From NCBI GenBank assembly GCA_047967505.1, contig CM106538.1: 64,000 bases of DNA; one strand, written 5' to 3'. The DNA is from Dipteris shenzhenensis (Eukaryota). The notes under the pieces were generated by a model. That model had not been told where the DNA came from, did no database searches, and saw only the letters and a program-made list of their open reading frames with translations. The position numbers and the translations under genes are program-made. This document shows, piece after piece, positions 1-11,955 of the stretch (the stretch's first letter is position 1; every line of letters starts with the position of its first letter).

Positions 1-721
1 ACTTCCTACTGCTTTTGAACTGAGTGACAAAGATATTTATCATTGAGAAAGGGACATTAAAAAGCAGCTTTTATGCCCAGATACCACACCATACTTTCCT
101 CACTTAGATGAGAATGAAGATGGTAACATCCCAAGTGATGTTGTACTCAAGCATAGGGAGAAGGAAAGGATCAGCAAAGGCCATAATCTCAGCACGCCAG
201 TCTGCGCCAAAGAGAAGAGTGATACGTTGTTGAAAGAAGATCTTGCGACTCAACATGACAAGAACTGATATATATCGAGGAGCTTGAATGGGCTAATTGG
301 GTCAGATGGGTAGGTTCCAAGGAAACATTGCACCTCCTTCATAGATACCTTTACACTTAGCTCAAAACAATCTGCAAACTGTCATTAGACATAGAGACCC
401 ATAACATCCAGTAGAGACATGATACCAAAGATTCAAATACATATAGAGATGCGCCTTGAGATGGGCTTTCTGCTTCTATAAGATTCGTAAGAAAAAAAGA
501 AGCAGCCAGAAAGTCATGGGTGGTTTACTAGACAAGGGTAAAAACTATCATGAAAATAGACTGTCAAACACAGAGACTCATAACTTTTGTTGCTATATCT
601 TATTCAAGATCTAATAACAAAAGACATGCGTCTTGAAGAGAGCTTCGCGCTGATATAAGTTTTCTAAAAATCGGACTAACGAGCAAAAAGTTATAAGCAA
701 AACACTAACAGGGGGTCAAAC

Positions 722-1854
722 TGTCATGAAAACTGCCCTCCACCCATGCTAATTTCACTTGAGCAGGATGCTCCCTCAAGACTCCACCTTCATCAATGAT
801 CCACCACTCATAAAGTTCGCCTAGAATAGGGTAAGTAGCTCCCTTAGTGGCTCGGGAAATGGATGGACCATGTGTGCAATAAGCAACTGAATAAAAAGAA
901 CTTTTAAGGCTTTGAAAGAAAGAAAAGGGAAGAGACACTCAAGAGAGGGAATACGAAGTGATCTTCATTGTCAATAGAGTGAGACTCCACTCCAATGCAA
1001 CTCAAAATACTACAAACACAAGGGAGAAGAAGACGTTTCATATGTACAAGAGGGAGCGGAAGCTCCAAGACTACTCATAGAGAGAGACTGAACTAGAGAG
1101 AGATGGACTTAAGAGTCTACATAAGAGAATATCTACAAGAGGGAGAGAAGGCTCATGGAAGAGGCTTGAGGAGACTAGAGCTACAGCAACACGAGGCCTA
1201 ATGGTGGAAGATATGATGAACAAGGGAGAGGAGGGCTCCTTTTATAGAGATTTTGTCACCCTCCTTCACCCATTTACAATTGCTACCTGTAGATTCTTTT
1301 CCCCATCAATCACATAAGCCCGTATGTCACCATCCATGTTCTTTTTGGCTAGTCTTGCCATGTGTCCCATCAAAAGATGCTCAAGACTCTTGAAATATTG
1401 AGAAAGTCAAGAGTCTCCCCACATGGAGCCCATAGGGACCCTCTCTTTTCCATATGTCCACACCCTCCTTATTCCACATGGGAATTCTAGAAGGATTCCT
1501 CTTGACTCCACACTCCTCCACATGCCTTCCACACGCTTGGCATGTGGCCTCTCTTATATTGTTGGAGCACATGGACATGAGCCCACCTCTTTATATGACT
1601 CACTCTTCCTATTTTCTAAAAACCCCATAATATCCCATACACAAATAACTCTCACCCCATACCAAGGTATTTATAATTCATACCTATGGTATTTACAATG
1701 ATCCATTCCACTCATCCTCTCAATCCCATACAATATCTTAGAAAATAGAAATAAGTGAGAGCCGCTAGGCTATCACTTGATACTCAAACTCTTATCAAAC
1801 ATAGAAGAAAACAATACCAATGCCAAATAAAAAATATCAATTTTTGGCGTCACA
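722..1854 (-). mobile_element. Probable LTR (solo or fragment) of an LTR retrotransposon
   Basis: TG...CA ends (minus strand TGTGACG...CATGACA); TATA box CTCTATAAAAGG near 1240; segment ~960-1090 resembles 48405-48530; no TSD resolved. Confidence 0.5.
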
Positions 1855-2216
1855 CTGCCATACATGCTTGCGTGTCAGACCAAGGAGTCAAAAAGGAGAA
1901 CCTTGGTCTGTGGTTTCTAGGAATGCGATTGGAAGCATTGTCTCTCTAGTTGAGCAAGGGAGATGTAGCTTCTGCTTAGGCGGGCCTACCTCCTTGGTCT
2001 CATTGTGAAGATAGGGCCAAAAAATAGAACCCCCATGTATGTGTATGATGAGAAAATCTCAACTAGTTAGCCATCAAAAGTAAACTGCTCTATGTACACA
2101 TCTGCTCAAGAAGTGTTGAAGATCATAACCTTGGTTTAACCCAAGTTGACCTTTAAGTCATGGAACTCACAAAAGGGTATCTAGGTGTCTCTGGAGCCCC
2201 TCAGCGCGGATGAAGT

Positions 2217-2258
<42 letters not shown>

Positions 2259-2299
2259 AATAACGTCCATAAAAGACCAAGCAGATCTATGAGACTAAT

Positions 2300-4130
2300 A
2301 AGTAGCTCATGAGTCATACATCATATCCACAAATGGAACTGCATGTGGTATCTCCATGGGGGTGCACGAAGCATTTCCACCATTATTGTAAACCATAATT
2401 ATTTTCTAATGCTAACATAATGTGACTTTCATTATATGAGTTTAAGAGTGAGAGTCATAAGACTTAAATTTGAATTCCCTAATGACCACCTTCCCTTCTC
2501 TATAAATATCCCATTTACCCTCCTTGGCTTTAATTACTTTGGTGAGTTCCATGGCTCTTTGTTTAAGGTGATTTGGACTGAGCTCTTCAAAAATCCAATT
2601 CGATCACCCTTTAATTTGAGTTTGTCTTGTAATCTTTATCTTAGGACTAATGTATTTCTACAAGGATTCGATAATGTGACCTCTTCTAGTAGACTCCGCA
2701 TATGTCATCAAGCTCCCATTCAACATTGATATTTTCTCTTTGATACTCTTGAAATTGTCTTCTATATAGCCATCTTCATTATACCATCCATCTAGCAGGA
2801 CCTCAATAAGCAAGCCAAGAAAATATGAATCTTGCATTATGTCCCATGATTTCCTCATAAAGGTCAACCTTGTTGCCCAGTTTATGTTGTCATTTCTTCT
2901 TGCATTGACTTCATTGGACAAGGAGGGTTGATCATTTCCTTAACAATAGAGACAAGTGGTGGTGCAAGAGACATGGTAATTTTTAGTTTTGGAAAACTTC
3001 TTGCTTGCCCATATTTTCCATCTTATGGAATTTATTCTCTGTTTCTACTACAAGTCGAAGCTTGAGCTCTCTAATAACTTGTTGTAGTTGAAGGATTTGC
3101 TCCTAGATCTTACAATGCTTATAGGCCTATAGTGATGGCTTTGGTATGCATTTTCAAAGAGGACAAGTGTAGGAGATGATGCAATGGTAGAATGTGAATA
3201 TTTTGGTTTGGATCAAAGCAAGAAAGACTTCTTTGTTTTGGAAAATTCAATTTGTCCCATGTTTAACCTTTTGAGGTACCCCTTGGCTAGAACTTACCCC
3301 TAAGCTGGGTGTAGGGTTCAACCCAACTTAGGTGAAAGAATAAAAAAGGGCTACCCCCTCCTATGCCTTGTCCAAGAACTGAAGTGGGGAGATGTATGAG
3401 CTAGAGCAAAGGGCTTTATGGTTGTACGAAATTTTGTATGATGTTTATGCTGAGATGTATAGTGGTTGTACGAGCTTGCACGCAAAGGGTGTATGGCCTG
3501 AAATATAGTTTTGTATACCTTCTTTTTCATATCAGTCCCTTTTGGTCTTTTCCTAGCTTGGCATGTATGATGATGTCATGGTGATGATAGATAAAAAACT
3601 TCGAAGCTAGGAGATGACTTGATGTTCAAGATGTACCTACAAACACTCTCAAGTCTTCATCTCTCTTTTGTTATGATAGGAAATTTGTTGCTCTCATTCT
3701 CTTTCTTTCGATACTACATGAGTGCACGAATATTCACTTTCTATTCATGGATAACATAGGCTCAACCATTGGAGCTATGTAGCAACCCATTTCTTACTAG
3801 CTACTACGGGTGATCATATTTTGTTACTCAGTGCTCGCTATTTCTCTTAGGGCTTGGCTAAATTTGAAACAACAACATCACATAGTCGTCGGTTTTGAAC
3901 TTTTGGATGATTCCCTTAAAAATCCAAGGAATCATATCATTTTAACAAAAAGACCAAATTTTGCACGATGTAGTATGTAAAATGCTTGAAAATTTGGACT
4001 TTTCAAAAAGTCTATATGAGGACAATAAAGAATCTAGGTAGAATATAGAAAAGAGCTTTCATGGTTCTATGTTCCTAGAGATTTGAAATAGAAGGTTGAA
4101 ATTCATATTGTTGGGATAGAGATTTATTTC
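2300..4130 (-). mobile_element. Degraded LTR-retrotransposon-like relic (LTR-like segment plus degenerate ORF)
   Basis: Interrupted reading frame 2658-2921 and LTR-type composition at 3280-4130; no diagnostic domain seen. Confidence 0.3.
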
Positions 4131-4131
4131 C

Positions 4132-4179
4132 ATCACACATCATTACAGATAGGCTACAAGGGAGGGGGGGTGGGCGGGG

Positions 4180-4215
<36 letters not shown>

Positions 4216-4308
4216 CGTTAAGCGGAGAGCACTCTGTGAATAGGTTACAATGCCTCAGCAAAGCGACTTTGTAGGCCTGAGAAAAACGAGGCCTAAGTTG
4301 AGCAGCGC

Positions 4309-4387
<79 letters not shown>

Positions 4388-4462
4388 GGGAGGGAGGGAG
4401 GGTATGATATGATTATATTAAACATTACACATCATTACGGATAGGCTACAAGGGGGGGGAGG

Positions 4463-4496
<34 letters not shown>

Positions 4497-4586
4497 GTGA
4501 GTGAAGAGGTTGAGCAAAGAACACTGTGCAAACAGGTTAAAGGCCTCACCAAAGTGAGGCGTGAGTTGAACAATGCCACAAAGAGA

Positions 4587-4622
<36 letters not shown>

Positions 4623-4712
4623 CAGAGACAGAGAGGGGGGGAGGGAGGGACAGAGGGGGGGGCGGGGGCGGGGGGGAGGGAGGGAGGGAGGATATGATAT
4701 GATTATATTAAA
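4132..4712. repeat. Diverged tandem duplication (~290-bp unit x2) containing (G)n and (GA)n microsatellites
   Basis: Both units start CACATCATTAC(A/G)GATAGGCTACAAGGG and end GGAGGGAGGG..ATGATATGATTATATTAAA. Confidence 0.85.
4311..4382. repeat. (GA)n microsatellite
   Basis: Perfect dinucleotide run; similar runs at 2220-2254, 17868-17905 (CT) and 45194-45227. Confidence 0.97.
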
Positions 4713-4899
4713 GTCGTTTGGAGACCCTTTTGGCGCTATGGGATTGATGACCACCATCAAAATGATAGTGGTTCATTACATCCAAAAATCTGAGAAAACT
4801 TTATATATCGCTTGCTATGCTATGCTACAAGCACATATTTAGCTAACTGCTGCTGCACCTTATCAAGGAATTTGTTATGGTGTCCTAGTATTTTCTTTA

Positions 4900-7850
4900 T
4901 GAAGGCGCCTGCTACTGGGTTGGCATCCCTAGGAGGGTTTTCACGCTTGCGGCACTGTTGTGTTCTTCCCCGATGTGTGTGTACGCTTGGCAATGAGGAG
5001 CATATATTCCTCATTTTTTATCTCCCACATGGGACAAATTTACAAAAAATTTCTCATTTCCTAGCCCCACAAATGTGCCTTCGTGCATTTGTTTTGAAAG
5101 GTATATAAGGCCTTCAACCCTCCCATGACTCTTTTCCATGCATTCATTCCAAGTGTAGTCCCTAAACTCAAGTCCCAAATAATTATATGATGTGTTGCTT
5201 CCAAGGTTCTTCCTCAAACATGAAGGCCATCTACTTGTTTCATGTCCCAATTGCCATGACTTTTGTTTTGGCAATGTTTACTTGCATTCTTGAATGTTTG
5301 TAGAATTTGTCCGATGCATCTAGGTGTGCATGCATGCCCTTGCAACAAAGAGGACCACATCATCGGTGTAGATAAGTAGGAGTAGGGCATATCCCACAAT
5401 CTAGACTCCCCCTCCACCATGGGCTCTCATCCATTCTTCCAATTCATCAATGAACAATCTAAACAAGGTTGGTCAGAGAGGAAGCTTGCTTGACCCCTAT
5501 GTCACTGCTTATTATTACCTTCCCTTAGTTGTAAGTGCCATCAGCTAGTGGTTGTGCCAATTCGGCTAGCACTTCTCATATTGTCTAAGCATCACTTCTT
5601 TGAGTAGAAGTTGCAAGCCTCTCCCACATTTTTTTGCATGGTACTATGTCAAATGTGGTACTGTGCCATCAGCTAGTGGTTGTGCCAGTTCGGCTAGCAC
5701 CTCTCATATTGTCTAAGCATGGCTTCTTTGAGTACAAGTTGCAAGCCTCTCCCACATTTTTTTTGCATGAAATTGCGTCAAATTTCTTCTTGAAGTCCAC
5801 AAATTAGCAATACAAGGCTTTCCTCATATTCTTGACCCCCTCTATTGCACCCCTTACAGTGACCAAATGGTCCAATGTTGAGTATTTGGGACAAAATCTT
5901 GTCTAGGATGGTTGCCTTACTCCTTGTTCCTCTACTCACTTATTGATCTTCTACTCGAAGATGGTGCCCAACGGTTTAGCCAACAAACTACTCACCATGA
6001 TGGTTTTGTAGCTTGTTGCTATCTTGTTGTCCCCCCTTATGGATTAGCACGATCCTTGATTTGCCACCTTTTGGGGAACACTTCTTCCAATTCTTTGTCA
6101 TTAGACTCGTGAGCGCTCCTTTGGTTTTGTCTCATCCCCATGTTAATATCTCCGCCGCAACTAAGCCTTGTGGGTCCGGTGCCTTCCAGCTAGTTTCTTC
6201 AGCACACTCTCCATGCCTTCACTTGTGATGATTCCATCAATGGCCTTGATGGAATAGTTTTGAGTGGTCTTTTGTGCACTATCCTTCTTGTATAGGTTCC
6301 GCATAAATCAAGTAATGTCATCCCACTCACATGCTCACCCTGTGCTTTGGTCTCGTGTAGCTTTTGGAAGAATTTTCTAGGGTTTTTCTTGAGCTCTTCG
6401 AAGTGTTCCTGCTATTTGTTTCTTAGAAAGTCTCATATTTTTCTTGACTGTTAATCTATAATCTTTTGCTTTGGCCCCTTTCCCCTCCATCTTTGCTATT
6501 TTCCATGATTTATTTCTTGTTATGGACCCTTAGTTGAACATGTGATTGTAGGGCATGCCTAAGCTCCTCCCCTTGCCCTTTGGAAAGCATTTGTGGGCTG
6601 CTTTTTGCAGGAATTTTGTCAGACATTTGTCCATCTCTTGGCAAATGCAAGGCATCTAGCATTGAGAGATTGCTTTCTCTAATCCCTTGTAAACATGGGC
6701 CTTTTTATATTCCATTTTCAAACGTGCGGGGGTATGTCATGTGTTTCTAGTTTCCTAGTTGGCCTTGTCCCTTCGATCTCGGGGAGAGGGCCCTATGGTC
6801 AGACTCCATAGTGTCCCCCTCGATCTTGAAGTATTTCAATATGTGTCTTGCATCTGGTCTGACGACTATGCGGTCTATCACACTTGAGCTTTATGGGGTT
6901 GTGCATGTGTGGCCTCCCGTGTTTCCAAAAGGGAGGTGCCATTGCATATCTGTAGCCCGAAGCACCCACATTGAGTGATTCAGTGTTTTACCAAGTGGGT
7001 AAGGTCTCCTATGTCTTCAGATGACCTCTTCCAACCCCTTCTTTCCTCACTGTCTTCTTCCACTTCTTCCATCCACAATGGATCTCTCCCTTCCACTATT
7101 ATGGTGCCCTGCCTCATCCTATTCATGCATTAAAGTCCCCTGCCAGTATGATTGCATGGTCTTTAGAGTACGCAGCTATATCTTCCCCCAAATCCATGAA
7201 CGGTCACCTCGTGATATGCTGTTGTCGTCTTTGTAAATGGGACATTGCGGGAGCACAAAATAGCATGCTGCCAGTCGGATATTCCCCTCATTTGTTGCCA
7301 TCTCCAACCACATGTATTGTTTCTGCAGGTCTTCCTTCATGACCTCAATTGTATTCTCCCAATCTTTCTGATGAACATTTTATCCCCCTAAAGCCCCTTC
7401 CTCCTATGGAATTTTTTGGATTCCATATTCATTTCTTGGAAAATCCTTACATCTCTGGGATACCGTGCTGTTCACGTTCCCATGTCTCTAATGCCAACAG
7501 CAGGTCAGTTTCTGATATCTCTTCTTCAAATGCGAGGGGTTTGTCTAGAGACATCCTGAGGGTCTCAATCGCTACGCATTTGCATTTGCATTCTCCTTCT
7601 TTCCCCCTTCAAGCTTGCAGCATCTCTGGGATCCCATGCCGTTCGTGTTCCCATGTCTATAATGCCAACAGCACGTCAGTTTCTGACACCTCTTCTTCAA
7701 ATGTGAGGGGTTTGTCTAGAGACATCTTCTTAAGGGTCTCATTCCCTACGCATTTGCATTTGCATTCTCCTTCTTTCCTCCTTCAACTTTGTGCTTCTTC
7801 CGAACTTTTCAAATATGATCAATCCACCTAGCCATTGGTCTTCTCAAATA
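4900..7850 (-). mobile_element. RTE-clade LINE, degraded (APE endonuclease, RT, C-terminal Cys/His remnant)
   Basis: Minus-strand motifs DLLLALETWE (APE), STLDHLVT, FVDFKKKFD, SDIGVKQ and TLFRLFIDELE (RT), with many stops and frameshifts; internal tandem duplications at ~5536-5770 and ~7450-7790. Confidence 0.85.
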
Positions 7851-9026
7851 AAAATGCATTGACCGGTCCCATTAGCTTCAGCTTAAGAACCAACAAAAGG
7901 GCCTCTATAAAGTATTAAGCAATCCCAGACAGTCCTACAAAAGGTTCATTGACAACCCATCCTCTCTTTCAAAAGAAGATGAAAAAACAAGGAAGCAGCA
8001 CAGCCACAGTAAGATAAAGACAAAGAAGAAAAACCTCAAAAGATAGTTGCATGAAATATACTTCTTGTCACACGGAAAATGATGAAAATAGGCGAAGAAT
8101 TACTAGTCAGTGATAATACTGTATTCCCATGATTCTTTGTCTTCAGACAGCAAAGAGTCTCTAAAACTTCCTGATTTCCTTTGTCTCTTTTAAAACCTCT
8201 ACTACAGAAGGATGGCCGCTTATATATATTGCTCCTCCATCAATGAACAAGGAATCAAAACTTCCAGGGTATAAATAGCTCAAAGCAAAGAAGTAAAGTG
8301 TAAGCGTTCTACACGAGTCCCTAGAGAGCATCCAACTCAAGATTTGGAGGCTTTAATATCAATTCTTACAGACAGCCCATTTTAAGCATGCAAAGATTCT
8401 CAATGTCCAACCATAAAATTGAAATAAACACACCAGTATCCAATACGCAGGTTGAAAAAACTGTAGCAGATAAAAATCTGCAAAATCAAATGATATAACA
8501 TGCAGATTATTTTGCTATTCACACACTTCCCTGCTGTGAATACTGTGCACTCATCATTAGCAGTGGTTATTTATTCGGACTTTACAACTTATGGATGTTA
8601 CATTTGCCTCTTGCAGTATAGCATCATCCGTACCTATAAGGAGAGTTCCCGGACTCTCTGCAAACCTCTCTGGAAACAATCAATGATGTAAATGCCACAC
8701 ATGCAGAGGGCACCCTGTAGTTGCTTGTGGATTGCAGAACTCTGGATCTGCCCGTCATGCTTTGCTCGTTCAAACTGACGAAGGAGAACCTTGATCTCCT
8801 GGCCATTTTCCTTTGTCTGTAGCTCCTAAGAGCATCAAGACTTTCATGATTCTCAGTCAAAGCAAGACATTATCACGTTAGTACCAGGCTGTGTCTTTCG
8901 TGAAAAAGAGAAACGGTTCCTGTGCCTGGACCCTGTGGTGATTTAATAAATAGGCTTGGCCTGCCTATCTGTATCAGCACTGAAACTCAAACATGTTCTT
9001 CCTCAAATGTGTATGGTGCTTAAGTG

Positions 9027-9201
9027 CTAGCCGAGTCTGGAAGCAGTAGAAGTAGAGGACGTTTCATCACCTTCTGGTTTTGGTATTAGAAATTGTCCCA
9101 TAGCTGACCTTTCTACCACCCGAACATTGTACTGCTCATGTACCCTAGCCTTATTATCCTGCCACCATAACTCTGCCTGCTTTTCACTGAAGCGCTTTCG
9201 A
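9027..9201 (-). CDS. RLD: PRAF/RLD exon 9 ([26 protein letters not shown]...SRLG*), end of BRX domain
   Basis: TTGCAG| acceptor completes a Ser codon; TAG stop at 9029-9027. Confidence 0.93.
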
Positions 9202-11923
9202 CTGCAAGATCAGCATGTCATCAATCAGTAATATGACTAGTTGATATGTAATAAATGGACGAACTACCATACAATCAAACTTTGAAAACTTCATCATCAA
9301 GAGCATCAATTTTATGTCCTAGTCGAAGTTTCCAGAATCAGAGCATTCAATGCAAGTTTGAAATCTTCATAAGGATAAGGGGAAGATGCACATGTTTGCA
9401 TAGAAATCAAAGACCGGAGTCCTACATCATTAGAATCACCTGAATCTTACACGCTTGAGGTCCCGTCCACCACCTGGCAAAGACATTAGGGTGATATATA
9501 CCCCCTGTTCATCCTGCTCAACCCATTCATCTCCAGGTTGATGTCCATTATCTGTTGGAGTAGAGCTCGTGTTCCTTGATCTGTCTTCACTTCTAAGGTG
9601 AGCATCCGACCCGTCCATATCTTCTGTTAACCTGCTTGGAACATGAGATGTGATCCCTCTTCCATAGGCATGGATTGGTCCATCACGGACAGAAAATGGA
9701 TTCGCTGTGCCATTAGCTGCTTCTAGAACAGCTGGAGTGGAGTTTGGAGCACCTTTACTATTATGAAGTGGATTGTTTCCATTCATATCTGGCGATGCCA
9801 ATCCGTAAGGAGCTGACGATGGCCGTACGCCCGCAGGAACATCTGTATGAAAAAGTGGAACTGTTGCAAATCTATTGTAACGATGAAAATCTCCAGGCAA
9901 CCGTTCTGTCATAACCTTGAGCTGTTTCATTCAACAACACACTCTAGTGACTCCTAGGTGCATCTGTAAAGTAAGAAAAAACGTAAAAAGACTTGACGAA
10001 CAGCTAGTCAACAATATGCATTTGCTTGTTCAAAATTTAGCTCAATGATAAAGTTCAGAGTGCTCGTCTATATCAGCAGCCTTTCAAAGAGGTAAAATCC
10101 ATCAAAGATCAAAGTTAGGTAAGGCAGGAAACATAGTAGTTTCATGTGCATATTAAAGTCTTATCTATTTGAAATCTTTCCAGAGAGCAGACCTTTCTTA
10201 TTAGAATTATAGGAACAATTCCAGTTTTGATGGAGAACACGCCTTAAGCTGTGACATTATAAAATTGGGACTTTGCTATGGTCCGATCCAAGATACGCAG
10301 CAATACTTGTAATCTGCATTTGTTTCAAGTACTCTAAATATTGAAAGGTTGCTTAAAAATTTTACACCTCAGCATTGTGCATCAAGGTGTTATCTTCCAT
10401 TTTTAAATGGCTAGTGTTTAACAATTAATAACTGGAGCGTATGTCTATTACATGCTCATAGAAGCACAGCTGATGATAGTAACAATAAGAAAACTAGCTT
10501 AGTAGTTCTCTGTTAAGCTATTACATGCATCACAAAACATAGACTGCAAGATATTGTACCAGAAAGCATAAAATTTATCATTATCATCACTTTTCATTCT
10601 AATGAAAAAATATCCTTGTTGTTTACATATGAGAGAGCACAGCTAAAGACATAGTTTTTCCATACGCGTATGTTATTGATACCAAACGTTTGCAAATGTC
10701 TGAAAAAAAGACGTATGAAATTCCACGGGGTTTTTTTTGGGGGGGGGGGAGGAGGGGGGGGACCATTGAGACTCTAGAGTTAGCACACCAAAGCTAGAGT
10801 CTTGACTTTTGTAGCCTCTTTCCTTTTTCGCAGTCTCATTTCTTTTTTGCCAAGGCTTTTAGGGTTTTCAGCTTTGATGCTTGAAAGTTGAAAGTTGGAA
10901 CTTGGAAGCTTTTCCTATACTTGTCTTCTTTTAAAGTTTTAAGCCTCATGACTCTTCAATCCTTGATCATTGATGTTTTTGGCGACTGATGAATCATGAA
11001 GTGACAAGTCTTTCAATGTTTGTGAATCTAGATTCTGTAAGTGTTTATGGTTTAAGATATATTTTTGGAATGCTTTAGTTGAAACTTGAAACTTGAACTT
11101 GCTAATAAAATTTCCTATACCTTATGTTTTGAAAGTAGGAAAAATTTTACAGCCATGTATGGTTCAGCCAAGGGGGTTTTCCCATACTTCCATACCTGTA
11201 TGCATATGCTGTACAGAAAAAACTATGGCTGAAGACATGCCTCGGTGTCAAGAGAGCCTCCAAAGCAATGTGCAGCACTCCTATAGAAGACAAGCGTTAG
11301 TTAAGGATGCAACCCTTACCCCCAGAGTGCTGAGGTTGGGTTTCCATCATCTGATGAGAAGTCTTCTCCCTGCCTTTAAGATAAGGCACATGAGGCTAAA
11401 GCCAAGAAAACGGAACTCAACCCATGGCAAAGATCTATCAATTCTTAGTACATTAATCACAAAAAACTCCTACTCTCCAACAGAATAGCCCAAAGAGCAT
11501 CAATAACCTCTTTATCTACAAAAGGTGTTCTAAGACATAGCTCACAATCATAGTGATAATAGGTGGTACCATTCTTCAAACCCAACCTTGGCCTATATCA
11601 TTGAGTTATTTCTCAATCTCACATCTACTTTGAAAATACTTCTATAAAAATTGCTTGACAAGATAGTTGGAATGGGTAGGATTAATCATTAGCATGTACA
11701 ACCCATCCCCAGCCTGTAATAGTCGGAGTCTCATAATGGAGCTAAACCATATTTAAGATCGTTGCTAGCTTGGTTGCCTTCTTTTGTCTTAAAGAGGCTT
11801 TATAAGTGGTCAATAAAGTCCACCAATGACCATGTGATGGCCCCTACTCCAAAACCTGATATTCAAGATGCTACACACACACGCGCGCGTATGTATGTAC
11901 GTACATAGGGGGGGGGGGGGGGG

Positions 11924-11955
<32 letters not shown>

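Noticed and set aside
4250-4842. RE/RD-repeat and SL-repeat ORFs
   Set aside because: Translations of (GA)n and (GAGACA)n microsatellites.
8624-8860. 78-aa ORF downstream of the RLD stop
   Set aside because: Non-ATG start in the presumed 3' UTR, no homology evident.
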